Notes: a model not told the origin generated them from the letters alone. Positions 9,732 through 22,030 are shown, numbered from the stretch's first letter. The stretch: DNA of 64,000 bases from Bryobacteraceae bacterium (GCA_049587755.1 JBAVEN010000082.1:9804-73803), one strand, 5' to 3'. A program made the numbers and translations.

Positions 9732-10562
9732 ATGGAAGAACTGGAAACACCCGCCGGGCCGGTCTCGCCGGAAGCGGGGCAGCCAACAACCGAGGAGACA
9801 GACACCCCGCCGCAGCCCGTTTCGATGGACGATCTGCTGGCGGGCGTGGCGCCCGACGATGCGCCGGTTTCGCTCGCCGACGCGCAGTTGCGCGCCGTCG
9901 TCGAGGCGATCGTGTATGTCGCTGAGGAGCCTTTGACGGCGGCGCAGGTGGCCGCGGCCCTGGGGCAACCGGCGGACCGCGTCCAGGAAGCGCTGGCCCG
10001 GCTGATTGAGGAATTCGACAAGCCCGAGCACGGCCTGGCGATTCGCGAAGTGGCCGGCGGCTACAAGATGGCCACCAAGGCCGAGCACCATGACGCCGTG
10101 CGCGCGTTCGTCAAGAGCCTTAAGCCGCCGCTCAAGCTCTCGCTGCCGGCGCTGGAAACGCTGGCTGTGATCGCTTATAAGCAGCCCGCCACGGCTCCCG
10201 AAATTATGGAGATTCGCGGCGTGCAAGGCGCGGGCGTGTTGAAGACGCTGCTCGACCGCAAGCTGATCGCCGCGGCCGGTCGCAAGAACGTGATCGGCAA
10301 GCCAATCCTCTACAAGACCACTAAGGAATTCCTGATTCAGTTCGGCTTGAAGGATATGAGCGAGCTGCCGTCGCTCAAGGAATTCGAAGAGATTCGCCGC
10401 ATGGCGTTCGCCGACAGCGAACCGGCCGCCGAATCCGCTGCGCCCGAACTGGCGTCAGCCGAGCCTGTAGGGGCCGGGCATGCCCGGCCCGAACCCGCCC
10501 AGCCCGAGTCCGCGGAACCCAAAACGCCGGCCGCTAGTGAAGAGCCTTCCGGGGACAACTGA
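9732..10562 (+). CDS. scpB: segregation and condensation protein B
   Basis: VEAIVYVAEEPLT, GGYKMATK and LSLPALETLAVIAYKQPATAPEIMEIRGV. The acidic, Pro-rich tail contains a REP copy read in frame. Confidence 0.85.
   Translation: MEELETPAGPVSPEAGQPTTEETDTPPQPVSMDDLLAGVAPDDAPVSLADAQLRAVVEAIVYVAEEPLTAAQVAAALGQPADRVQEALARLIEEFDKPEHGLAIREVAGGYKMATKAEHHDAVRAFVKSLKPPLKLSLPALETLAVIAYKQPATAPEIMEIRGVQGAGVLKTLLDRKLIAAAGRKNVIGKPILYKTTKEFLIQFGLKDMSELPSLKEFEEIRRMAFADSEPAAESAAPELASAEPVGAGHARPEPAQPESAEPKTPAASEEPSGDN
10467..10491. repeat. REP-like palindrome inside the scpB coding sequence
   Basis: TGTAGGGGCCGGGCATGCCCGGCCC, with a perfect 20-nt palindrome at 10472-10491. It is translated in frame as PVGAGHARP. 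Confidence 0.8.
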
Positions 10563-11314
10563 TGGCGGAACAGCGGCTGCAAAAGATTCTCTCGCACACC
10601 GGCGTGGCTTCGCGGCGCCATGCCGAGCGGATGATTGCCGAGGGCCGCGTTTGGGTCAACGGCGCTGCGGTCACCGAGCTTGGCTCCAAAGCCGACCTGG
10701 AGCGCGATCACATCAAGGTGGATGGCAAGCTGCTGCGCGCGCCCAAGCGGCCGGTCTATCTGGCGCTGTACAAGCCGGACAATACCGTCACCACGGTGAG
10801 CGACCCCGAGCAGCGCGCCACGGTGATGGATCTGCTGCACGGGGTAAAGGAGCGCGTCTACCCGGTGGGCCGCCTGGATTATCACAGCGAAGGGCTGCTG
10901 CTGCTCACCAACGATGGCGAGATGGCCAACGCCATCATGTCCGCCACCTCGCATCTGCCCAAGACCTACGTGGTGAAAGTGAATGGCACGCTGACCGCGG
11001 AGCAGGAGGAGCAGTTCCGGCGCGGTGTTCCGCTTTCCGGCCGGCGCACCCTGCCGGCCGGGCTCAAGCTCATCCACGCGGCGCAGAATCCCTGGTACGA
11101 GGTGCGTCTTTTCGAGGGCAGAAATCATCAAATCCGGCTGATGTTCCGGCACTTCGATTTGCTGGTGGAAAAACTGCGGCGGGTGCGCATAGGCCCCATC
11201 GAATTGGGACCGCTCAGGCCCGGCGGCTTCCGCCACCTCACGGAAGACGAGCTAGGCAAGCTGCGGCGCGCGCTCGGTCCTAAGCCGGCCGCGGCCGGGC
11301 AAGAGGGCGCATGA
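10562..11314 (+). CDS. rluB: pseudouridine synthase, RsuA/RluB family
   Basis: S4 domain LQKILSHTGVASRRHAERMI and catalytic GRLDYHSEGLLLLTNDG. The start overlaps the scpB stop (TGATG). Confidence 0.85.
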   Translation: MAEQRLQKILSHTGVASRRHAERMIAEGRVWVNGAAVTELGSKADLERDHIKVDGKLLRAPKRPVYLALYKPDNTVTTVSDPEQRATVMDLLHGVKERVYPVGRLDYHSEGLLLLTNDGEMANAIMSATSHLPKTYVVKVNGTLTAEQEEQFRRGVPLSGRRTLPAGLKLIHAAQNPWYEVRLFEGRNHQIRLMFRHFDLLVEKLRRVRIGPIELGPLRPGGFRHLTEDELGKLRRALGPKPAAAGQEGA

Positions 11315-11709
11315 ACCGGGCCGCGGACATCCTCGGTTCGGCCCATACCATCGCGGTGGTGGGGCTTTCGGCCAGGCGCTTCCGTCCCAGCTATGGCGTG
11401 GCGGAGTACATGCAGCGGGCGGGATACCGCATCATCCCGGTCAACCCGAACGTTGCCGAGGTGCTGGGTGAAAAATCCTACGCGTCTCTGGACGCGATTC
11501 CCGAGCCGGTCGATATCGTCGATATCTTCCGCCGATCAGAGCACGTGCCGGAGATCGTGGAAGCCGCCATTCGCATCGGCGCCAAGGCGATTTGGATGCA
11601 GGAAGGCGTGCTGCATGAAGCAGCGGCGCGCCGCGCCGAATCGGCCGGCATAGCGGTGGCGATGGACCGCTGCATCCTGAAAGACCACCGCCGGCTGGTG
11701 CTCAAGTAG
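11311..11709 (+). CDS. CoA-binding domain protein (YccU/YneT-like)
   Basis: IAVVGLSARRFRPSYGVAEYMQRAGYRIIPVNP. ATGA overlap with rluB. Confidence 0.8.
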   Translation: MNRAADILGSAHTIAVVGLSARRFRPSYGVAEYMQRAGYRIIPVNPNVAEVLGEKSYASLDAIPEPVDIVDIFRRSEHVPEIVEAAIRIGAKAIWMQEGVLHEAAARRAESAGIAVAMDRCILKDHRRLVLK

Positions 11710-11801
11710 GGAAGACGTCTACCGGGCACTTGCGCCGCCATTCTGACTTCTGTTTTCTAAGGCATCGCGTGATGATGGCGCGCGTGCCAGCGCCGGCTCG
11801 C

Positions 11802-12131
11802 TCAGACGTGTGAATCGAGCATTTTCTGGACTTCGGACTTGCCAACGGCGCCGACCCGCTGCTCCACCACCTGCCCGCCCTTGAACAGCAGCAAGGTGGG
11901 AATGCCGCGGATGTTGTAGCGCATGGCCGTTTTGTCGTTGGCGTCCACGTCCAGCTTCCCGATCTTGGCTTTGCCGGCGTACTCGCTGGCCACCACGTCG
12001 ATGGTGGGGGCCATCATTTTGCACGGCCCGCACCACTCGGCCCAAAAGTCCACCAAAACCGGTACTTCCGCCCGAAGGACATCCTGGTCAAACGAAGAAT
12101 CGGTAAAGGTTAAGGTGTTCTGACCTGCCAT
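11802..12131 (-). CDS. trxA: thioredoxin
   Basis: 109 aa with WAEWCGPCK active site. GGAG lies upstream of the ATG. Confidence 0.92.
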   Translation of the reverse strand: MAGQNTLTFTDSSFDQDVLRAEVPVLVDFWAEWCGPCKMMAPTIDVVASEYAGKAKIGKLDVDANDKTAMRYNIRGIPTLLLFKGGQVVEQRVGAVGKSEVQKMLDSHV

Positions 12132-12173
12132 CTTATCTCCTACAATATTAGAATCGGCGCCGGGGAAAAGGAT

Positions 12174-13595
12174 TCATCCCGGTCCCGACAGCCGCTGGTA
12201 CAGTGCCGCATAGGCCTGTGCTGAAGCTTTCCAGGAGAAATCCTTTTGCATCCCGCGGAGCATCATGGCGCGCCACTCATCCTGGTTGGAAAAAGCCTGG
12301 ATGGCGGCGCGAACGGCGCCCAGCAAAGCGGCTCCGGAACACTCCTGGAACTTGAATCCGGTGCCCTCATCGATGGTATCATCCAGACCGCCGGTGGCGC
12401 GAACCACGGGTACTGTGCCGTAGCGCAGGCTGTAGATCTGGCTCAGGCCGCAGGGCTCGTAGCGGCTGGGCATGAGAAACATGTCGGCGCCGGCCTCAAT
12501 CAGGTGGGACAGCCGGTTGTCATAACCGATGCGCGCCGCGATGCGCCCGGGGAATCGTTCAGCCATGGCGCGGAAGGGCTCCTCGTACTCCGGCTCGCCG
12601 GCGCCGAGGGCCGCCAGGTAAACGTCCTCGGCCACGATTTCGCCGGCCACTTTGACCAGAATATCGGTGCCTTTTTGCGGCGTGAGCCGCGAAACGATGC
12701 CCAGCAGCGGCCGATCCTTCGCCTCCGCCGGAAAGCCGAGTTCCGCCACCAGCCGCTCCTTGGCGGCACGCTTGCCGCTTAGATCCTCCGCCGAATAGGG
12801 CGCGGGAATCAGCGGGTCATTCTCCGGACTCCATTCGCGGTAATCGGCGCCGTTCAGGATTCCGGTCAGCACCGCGGCGCGCGAGCGCAAAACGCCATCC
12901 AGGCCGAAGCCGTACTCCGGCGTCTGAATCTCGCGGGCGTAGGTGGGGCTGACGGTGGAGAGCGCGTCGGCGAACGAAATCCCGCCTTTGATGTAACTGA
13001 CCTGGCCGAAGAATTCCATTCCGCCGGGGTTGAAGACGCCTTTATCCAGAGCCACTTCTTCGAGCGCGCTGGCGGGGAACAGCCCCTGGTAGCCCAGGTT
13101 GTGAATCGTGAACAGCGTTTTCACGCCCATAAACGTCGGATCGCCGGCCAGTGTGGTGCGCAGGTATGCCGGCACCAGGCCCGCCTGCCAGTCGTGGCAG
13201 TGCAATATGTCGGGCTGAAACAGGAACCGCGCTACGCCCAAGGCTGCGCGTGCGAATACGGCGAATCGAACGTGGTTGTCCGGATAGTCGACGCCCGCCT
13301 CGCCATAAATCCCCGGCCGGCGAAACAGGCGCGGGCACTCCACCAGGTACAGCGGATACTCCGCCGGCGCCTGGTAGATGGCGATATCGAAGCCCGCCGG
13401 CCCAAGGTACACCGGAAGATGGTCGTATACGCGCCGCGCGTCTTTGAGATGGATCGATCCGTAGAGGGGCATCACCACCGCGGTCTCGCATCCGAACTCG
13501 CGCAGGGCGCCGGGCAATGCGCCAACCACATCCGCCAACCCGCCGGTCTTGGCAAGCGGCGCAACCTCCGAGGAAATCATCAGGACGCGGATCAC
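12174..13595 (-). CDS. glgA: glycogen synthase (ADP-glucose type, GT5)
   Basis: The homologous region begins (M)IRVLMISSEVAPLAKTGGLADVVGALP at GTG 13593-13595. C-terminal PSRYEPCGLSQIYSLRYGTVPVVRATGGLDDT. The 164 extra N-terminal codons of the track ORF overlap pruA and look spurious. Confidence 0.9.
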   Translation of the reverse strand: MIRVLMISSEVAPLAKTGGLADVVGALPGALREFGCETAVVMPLYGSIHLKDARRVYDHLPVYLGPAGFDIAIYQAPAEYPLYLVECPRLFRRPGIYGEAGVDYPDNHVRFAVFARAALGVARFLFQPDILHCHDWQAGLVPAYLRTTLAGDPTFMGVKTLFTIHNLGYQGLFPASALEEVALDKGVFNPGGMEFFGQVSYIKGGISFADALSTVSPTYAREIQTPEYGFGLDGVLRSRAAVLTGILNGADYREWSPENDPLIPAPYSAEDLSGKRAAKERLVAELGFPAEAKDRPLLGIVSRLTPQKGTDILVKVAGEIVAEDVYLAALGAGEPEYEEPFRAMAERFPGRIAARIGYDNRLSHLIEAGADMFLMPSRYEPCGLSQIYSLRYGTVPVVRATGGLDDTIDEGTGFKFQECSGAALLGAVRAAIQAFSNQDEWRAMMLRGMQKDFSWKASAQAYAALYQRLSGPG

Positions 13596-13662
13596 ACCGG
13601 AATTGTACCAGGGGCATGGGGCGCATTGGATTTCGCCGGTTGCTTTTGTCACCATGATAGGC

Positions 13663-15222
13663 ATGGCTACCGCTACCTTGACCGAGTTCCGCAATGAACC
13701 GTACGCCGATTTCTCCCAGCCCGCTATCCGCCGAGCCATGGAGGAAGCACTGCGGCAAGTGCGCTCCGAGTTCGGACGCGAATACCAGCTCCGCATCGGG
13801 AGCGAGTACATCTCGACCGGCGACAAGCTGGAATCGGTCAATCCGTCGAACCCAAGCGAAATTGTGGGGGTGCACCACCGGGCGGACGCCGTATTGGCGG
13901 CCCGCGCCGTCGAAGCCGCCTGGCAGTACTTCCCGGAATGGAGTCGCGTGCCGGCAGAGGAGCGCATCGGCATGACCTTCGAAGCCGCGCGCATCCTGCG
14001 GCGGCGCAAGCTCGAATTCGACGCCTGGCTGGTCTCCGAAGCCGGCAAGACATGGCCGGAAGCAGAAGCCGATGTCTGCGAGGCCATCGACTTCTGCGAA
14101 TACTACGCGCGCGAAATGCAGCGGCTTGCCGGGCCGCAGCCGGTGGTGCAGCTACCCGGCGAACATGACGAGATGATCTACCTTCCGCTCGGCGTCGGCG
14201 TGGTGATTCCGCCGTGGAATTTTCCAGCGGCCATCCTGGTGGGGATGACCGTGGCCTCGCTGGTGGCGGGCAACACCGTGGTGCTGAAACCATCCAGCGA
14301 GACCCCGACGATCGGCGCCAAGTTCGCCGAAGTGCTGCTCGAGGCGGGTTTCCCCGAGCGTTCCTTCACCTTGCTCACTGGCAGCGGCGCGGCGGTGGGC
14401 GATGTGCTGGTGGGACACCCCAAGACGCGCTTCATTTCTTTCACCGGGTCGCGCGACGTGGGCCTGCGCATCAACGAGCTAGCCGCCAGGGCGCAGCGCG
14501 GACAGATCTGGATCAAGCGCGTGGTGGCGGAAATGGGAGGCAAGGACGCGATCGTCGTGGATGGCGATGCCGACCTCGACAAGGCCGTGGACGGCGTTCT
14601 GGCATCGGCGTTCGGCTACCAGGGCCAGAAGTGCTCGGCCTGCTCGCGAGCCATCGTCGATGCCAAGGTGTACGACAGTTTCCTGGAGAAGCTGTCGCAG
14701 AAAGCGCGGAACATCAAGATCGGCCCCGCCGACGATCCGGCCAACTACCTGGGGCCGGTGATCAGCCAGAGCGCGCGCAAAACCATTCAGGCGTATATCG
14801 AGGTGGGCAGGAAAGAGGGCCGCGTCGTGGTTGGGGACCAGCCGGTGCCGGCCGACGGTTACTTCGTTCCGCCTACCATCATCGCGGACGTCGATTCCCA
14901 TGCGCGGATTTTTCAAGAGGAGATTTTCGGGCCCGTGCTGGCGGTGACCAAGGCAAGCGATTTCGAACACGCCCTGCAACTGGCCAACGATTCCGAGTAT
15001 GGGCTCACCGGGGCCGTGTTCTCAAACGATCCCGAGCACCTGCGCCAGGCCGCCGAGCGCTTCCACGTCGGCAATCTCTATTTCAATCGAAAATGCACCG
15101 GCGCCATGGTGGGCGCACATCCCTTCGGCGGGTTCAACATGTCGGGCACGGATTCCAAGGCCGGCGGCCCGGACTACCTGCTGCTGTTCTTGCAGGCAAA
15201 ATCCGTGGCGCAGCGACTCTGA
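13663..15222 (+). CDS. pruA: L-glutamate gamma-semialdehyde (1-pyrroline-5-carboxylate) dehydrogenase
   Basis: MATATLTEFRNEPYADFS at the N-terminus. Aldehyde dehydrogenase motifs EMGGKDAIVV and GYQGQKCSACSR. ATG at 13663 (alternative 13654). Confidence 0.88.
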   Translation: MATATLTEFRNEPYADFSQPAIRRAMEEALRQVRSEFGREYQLRIGSEYISTGDKLESVNPSNPSEIVGVHHRADAVLAARAVEAAWQYFPEWSRVPAEERIGMTFEAARILRRRKLEFDAWLVSEAGKTWPEAEADVCEAIDFCEYYAREMQRLAGPQPVVQLPGEHDEMIYLPLGVGVVIPPWNFPAAILVGMTVASLVAGNTVVLKPSSETPTIGAKFAEVLLEAGFPERSFTLLTGSGAAVGDVLVGHPKTRFISFTGSRDVGLRINELAARAQRGQIWIKRVVAEMGGKDAIVVDGDADLDKAVDGVLASAFGYQGQKCSACSRAIVDAKVYDSFLEKLSQKARNIKIGPADDPANYLGPVISQSARKTIQAYIEVGRKEGRVVVGDQPVPADGYFVPPTIIADVDSHARIFQEEIFGPVLAVTKASDFEHALQLANDSEYGLTGAVFSNDPEHLRQAAERFHVGNLYFNRKCTGAMVGAHPFGGFNMSGTDSKAGGPDYLLLFLQAKSVAQRL

Positions 15223-15425
15223 TAGCCCGCCGGGACTGATCGAGAATCTCGCGGGCAGGTCCGCATTGACTCATATAGGCACCGCATCTTCTGTGCCCAA
15301 TCCTGGTTTGCCGGCACTCAGTCGGCGCTGCGCTGCCTTGAGCCCGGATGGTCCTCGTGGATGCCCAGCGCTCCGGGCAGCTTGTCCGGCCTTGCCAGGC
15401 ATCTGAAACCCGGCCGCAGGCGGGA

Positions 15426-17204
15426 TCACCCAGCCGCCGGCGGAATGGTGACGCTGGTTTCGCCCCATCCGGACGGGCATTCGATCCTGATCCTAAGCTC
15501 GCGGGCTTCTTGAGACAAGGTCTGATAGCAAATCTCGTAACGCGCGTTGAGATTCAGGTAAGCTTCCTCGATGCGCGCGATGATTTCCTCGGGTGCGGCG
15601 GCATATGTATAACTGATGCGGGTCTTGTTGCAGAGGTCATCAAGGGCTGGGTTGGGGACCGACGAAATGACCTGGACCAAGCCGCGGGAGGCGCCAACGG
15701 TGGCCACCAGGCCGGGCCCGGCCCCGCCTTGGACTTGCTCGGCGGCAAAGAGGATCACGTGGCGTTTGCCGCGCGCCATGCTGGATTCGGCTCGCAGGGC
15801 CCGCCAAAGCGTTTGCCACACGTCGCCGCAGTCGGCGCGTTGGGCCATGCGGTGCAAGGAATCGGCCAGGACATCGTGACTAGGGGTGAAGGGCAGCTCT
15901 TCGTTAGCCTGGGTGGCGGATGCGGTTGCGAGGCCTTCACAGGCCGGCACCCACGATAGGTACGCCCACAAATCCGAAGCCCGCTTTCCAGCCAGGCAGC
16001 CGCGCGCACCGGTCACCCAGGGCGGCTCTTGCGCGTCGCCCGCGCGGGGAAACAGGAAGACGACGGACATGGCGGGCGGACTGGGGCGGACCGTCAGGCG
16101 GTAGTTCATCACCGGTTGCCCGTCTTCGCAAATGATGAAGTGGGTGGCGCGCAGCGTGGCCGCCGCGGAGCCCGGGGCAGCTACCGCTACTTGCACGCGC
16201 CGCATTTGTTTCGGCCCGGCGGCTGCGGCCGCAGCCATCGTTTCCAACATCAGGCTGGAGAGCCGCCAGGGCTGCCCCGCGGCCGCCTGAGCCACGGCTG
16301 CCTTGATGCGCGCGACTGAACGCAAGGCCCGCGAACGCACCATCGGGTGCGGGTCCCGCAGCAACCGCGCCACCGTGTCGCGAAACCGCCGATCCCCGGT
16401 CTCTCCCATCACCCAAGCGGCGGTGGCGCGGAAAACCGGCAACGGATGGGCGGCCAGCTTGATGGTTTCGGCGAGGGACACGGATTCGCCCATCGCGTAA
16501 AGCCCATACAGGGCATTGCCCACTACCCGGTTGCTGGCATCGTGCAGCGCGGCCAGCATCAACTCGCGCGCTTCCTCGGTTTCCACCCCCCATAACCCTT
16601 CGACGGCGTTGGCTCGCAGGCGGGGATCCGCGTCGCCCATGCGGCTTTGGACCCACATGGCGCTGCGGTTGCTGCGGCCCATGATGAGCGCAGCCTTAGA
16701 ACGAAGGTCGGCATCCGTCGAATGCAGCAAGCGGGCAAGCGAAGGCAGGATCCTGGCGCCGTCCGAGACGCGGGCCAGAATGGCCAGCACACGCGGTGCA
16801 TTTGCGGCGAGCAGGGGGTGCGTGCCGATAGTTACACCGTCGGCGAGATGCCGGGCCAGGCTCAGTTCCACACCGGGGTCTATCTGGATCGCCATGCGCA
16901 CCGCTGCCGCCGCCTCTTCGACGTCGAGAGACACTTCGCATAACAGCGATTCCAACAGATCGTTGGCAATCAGCAACCCCACCAGGAAGCGCAGACCGCG
17001 CGACGGTTCGCGGGCCCGAAGCGCTTCGATCACGCCGCGATAAAAGAGTTCGGGATCGTTCTCCAGCAGTTCTTCGACGATCCGCTGATTCCCGGCCGCA
17101 CCCATCGACATGCCAGCCACCAGGGCTGCGAAACCCGTCAGGGTGACGTCAGCAACCTTCCCGCTGCTGGTTGCATGTGGCAGCACATTCAACAAATCGG
17201 TCAA
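15426..17204 (-). CDS. HEAT-repeat protein with an uncharacterised C-terminal domain
   Basis: Repeated DADPRLRANAVEGL, NRVVGNALYGL, VFRATAAWVMGETGD and DPHPMVRSRALRSV units. The C-terminal ~250 aa has a vWA-like alpha/beta pattern (HVILFAAEQ). Start uncertain (TTG 17204). Confidence 0.6.
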   Translation of the reverse strand: MTDLLNVLPHATSSGKVADVTLTGFAALVAGMSMGAAGNQRIVEELLENDPELFYRGVIEALRAREPSRGLRFLVGLLIANDLLESLLCEVSLDVEEAAAAVRMAIQIDPGVELSLARHLADGVTIGTHPLLAANAPRVLAILARVSDGARILPSLARLLHSTDADLRSKAALIMGRSNRSAMWVQSRMGDADPRLRANAVEGLWGVETEEARELMLAALHDASNRVVGNALYGLYAMGESVSLAETIKLAAHPLPVFRATAAWVMGETGDRRFRDTVARLLRDPHPMVRSRALRSVARIKAAVAQAAAGQPWRLSSLMLETMAAAAAAGPKQMRRVQVAVAAPGSAAATLRATHFIICEDGQPVMNYRLTVRPSPPAMSVVFLFPRAGDAQEPPWVTGARGCLAGKRASDLWAYLSWVPACEGLATASATQANEELPFTPSHDVLADSLHRMAQRADCGDVWQTLWRALRAESSMARGKRHVILFAAEQVQGGAGPGLVATVGASRGLVQVISSVPNPALDDLCNKTRISYTYAAAPEEIIARIEEAYLNLNARYEICYQTLSQEARELRIRIECPSGWGETSVTIPPAAG

Positions 17205-17323
17205 TGCCCTTAAAACTTTAGAGTGTTTACACGGTCCTTCTTAGACGTGGGATACGTAATTGAAGCGCGGGCCGGGCATGTCCTCCCTACGGCGCTGGCC
17301 TGGGCGCCATTATAATCAAGTTG

Positions 17324-19975
<2,652 letters not shown>

Positions 19976-20180
19976 GGGAGGCGCGAAGGTTCGGGATCCG
20001 CCTGGGGAGGGTGTTCTTGGCCGATACCACGGGCTTAACACCCGCCCTCGTGGACCTCGAAAAATCCCGCTTCAGGATGATTTCACTTCCCCCGAGCTGA
20101 GCAGCAATACACAAGAGCGCTTTTCGTTCGAGACTTCGCTCAGCATACACTAAGACTAGGAGGCGGCGCTGGAATTAGTC

Positions 20181-20905
20181 ATGCAATCACTTATTTCGCT
20201 CACGTTCGACGATGGGCTCCGGTGCCAGTTTGAAAAAGCCATTCCCATTCTCGACGACTACGGCATGCCAGCCACATTTTTCCTGACTGCCAATCAAGAC
20301 CGAACACATGAATCCTGGGATCACAGAGTCGATTGGTGGAAAATCGATTGGCGCGAAGATGACATCGCAAACTTGAAAGAACTGATCGACTACGGTCATG
20401 AGATTGGTAGCCACGGTCTTACTCATCACGAACAGAAAATGAAGGACAACCCCTAGCCGAAGCCCGTGAGTCCAAAGAATTGATCGAGGGCTGGCTTGAA
20501 ACAAAGGTCACGTCCTTTTGCTATCCGTTCTATAGCTCTCACGCCTACCTTGCTGATGTTGTGAAAAATGCTGGATATGAGCAGGCGCGGGGAGGTCCCC
20601 CGGCTTCCTACTATGCCGTCCGCGGCGATCGGTGCTTTGACAGATTCAACGTAGGCTGCCGCCAGATTTCGGCTGACGACAAAGTCTCCGAATGGGTGCG
20701 ACCCGGGTGCTGGCACGTCTTGACGTTTCACGCAGTCGGAGACCAGCGAGATGGGTGGGCACCGATTAGCGTAGGACAATTCGCTACGCTGATGGCGGAG
20801 CTCGCGAGATATAGAGACGAAGGTGCTGTGGAAATTCTCAATTTCAGATGCGGGGTAGCCCGCTTGCCATCACCCACCGTCGATCCTTCCGACGATAACC
20901 CTTAG
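20181..20905 (+). pseudogene. polysaccharide deacetylase (NodB-domain), split by a frameshift
   Basis: ORF 20181-20456 carries TFDDG and GSHGLTHH, then stops at TAG 20454-20456. The family continues in the -1 frame from about 20441 (EGQPLAEARESKELIEGWLETKVTSFCYPFY...) to 20905. The shift lies near the A-run at 20436-20439. Local GC is clearly lower than in the flanks. Confidence 0.7.
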
Positions 20906-21071
20906 GAACAAACCGCCTGGCCTGACCGGCTGAAATTGGGAAGGGGCGCTCATCCGCTCGCACCGATCCGAGTGCCCGAACTCGTTTAAAGAACCCCCTG
21001 GGGTTAGCGGTAGTCAGCCGCAAAAGTTCGAAACGTGCCCAGACTGGGGAGCCAACTCCAGTTTTGGAACC

Positions 21072-21389
21072 TCATTCTGCAAATACCTCGTGCAGTGTCC
21101 TCAACGTGGTGGTGAGCGTCTTTGCAGGAACCGCTCCCAGTTTCTTCGCCAGCCGGGTCTTGTCCACGGCGCGAACCTGATCGAGCAGGATCAAGCCCTT
21201 CCGGCCACCATGAGTGACGCCGATCCGGAACGGCGCCTCGCGACCCGCCGTAGTCATGGGTGCGACGAGCACTGTGCGCAGATGATCGTGCATTTCGGCC
21301 GGGGACACCACCACACAAGGGCGCGTCTTCCTGATTTCACTCCCGACGGTAGGATCAAGATTCACGAGCCAAATCTCTCCACGCGTCAC
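21072..21389 (-). CDS. mazF: MazF/PemK-family endoribonuclease toxin
   Basis: MTRGEIWLVNLDPTVGSEIRKTRPCVVVS...VAPMTT...ILLDQVRAVDKTRL. Confidence 0.85.
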   Translation of the reverse strand: MTRGEIWLVNLDPTVGSEIRKTRPCVVVSPAEMHDHLRTVLVAPMTTAGREAPFRIGVTHGGRKGLILLDQVRAVDKTRLAKKLGAVPAKTLTTTLRTLHEVFAE

Positions 21390-21649
21390 CAGACCAACTC
21401 CGAATCCTCCGCATTACCAAATTCGCCCATGACGAGTTCGTCGTCACCTGCCTCGGCGATTCTCCTGGCGGCCTCGGCCCAACCGGTGCGCGCCGGACTC
21501 GCGGGTCGGCGCAACACAAGTGCACCATCCTCGATTGTCATTTCCGCGCCCGCCCTCGCGTCCAGACCCAACTGCGCCAATACCGGTTTGGGGATGACAA
21601 CTCCTTGGGAGTTGCCTATCTGTCTTATGCTTACGTGTACAGCCCGCAT
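21386..21649 (-). CDS. mazE: AbrB/MazE/SpoVT-family antitoxin
   Basis: MRAVHVSIRQIGNSQGVVIPKPVLAQLGL, with an acidic C-terminus DDELVMGEFGNAEDSELVW. 4-nt ATGA overlap with mazF. ATG at 21647-21649; the longer track ORF is an artefact. Confidence 0.8.
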   Translation of the reverse strand: MRAVHVSIRQIGNSQGVVIPKPVLAQLGLDARAGAEMTIEDGALVLRRPASPARTGWAEAARRIAEAGDDELVMGEFGNAEDSELVW

Positions 21650-21708
21650 AGTAATAACAATGTTATTCCGGCGCGCTTGGCGTGTCAAGCAGGCGGGGCG
21701 CTCCGGGA

Positions 21709-21939
21709 TCACTTCCATGGTTCTGCCATTTCGTCGCCGATTTCGTCGAATTCTCTCTCGATTTCGGCCACGTCCAGGTTCTGATTCGCAACCTCGCAGG
21801 CACGGATCAAGGCAGCGTCGCGCTCTTCCAGCCGCGCAGCCAGGGCCCCACTTACGAAACGTGAACGGTCGCGTGAGGCAACCCGGCGCAGAAACTGCGT
21901 AGCCAACGGCTCGGGTACGCTGAAGGTCATTCTCCTCAT
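21709..21939 (-). CDS. ribbon-helix-helix (CopG/Arc-like) protein, antitoxin- or regulator-like
   Basis: MRRMTFSVPEPLATQFLRRVASRDRSRFVSGALAARLEE shows the RHH beta-alpha-alpha pattern. Acidic tail EIEREFDEIGDEMAEPWK. Start ambiguous (ATG 21954, 21939 or 21930). Confidence 0.55.
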   Translation of the reverse strand: MRRMTFSVPEPLATQFLRRVASRDRSRFVSGALAARLEERDAALIRACEVANQNLDVAEIEREFDEIGDEMAEPWK

Positions 21940-22030
21940 CGCCAACAACCCCATAGTGCCAGAAAGCCAGAATGGCAGGGCGTGGAAGCGAAACCATGCT
22001 TGTTCCTGTCCTCGCTGCTTGGTTCCGGTT

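Noticed and set aside
13596-14087. N-terminal 164-codon extension of the glgA track ORF, and the 38-codon extension of the pruA ORF (13549-13662)
   Set aside because: The extensions overlap each other on opposite strands and have no homology-like sequence. The conserved N-termini begin at GTG 13595 (glgA) and ATG 13663 (pruA).
20436-20456. Programmed -1 ribosomal frameshift in the deacetylase gene
   Set aside because: No X XXY YYZ slippery heptamer and no downstream stimulatory structure. A simple indel in a decaying island gene is more likely.
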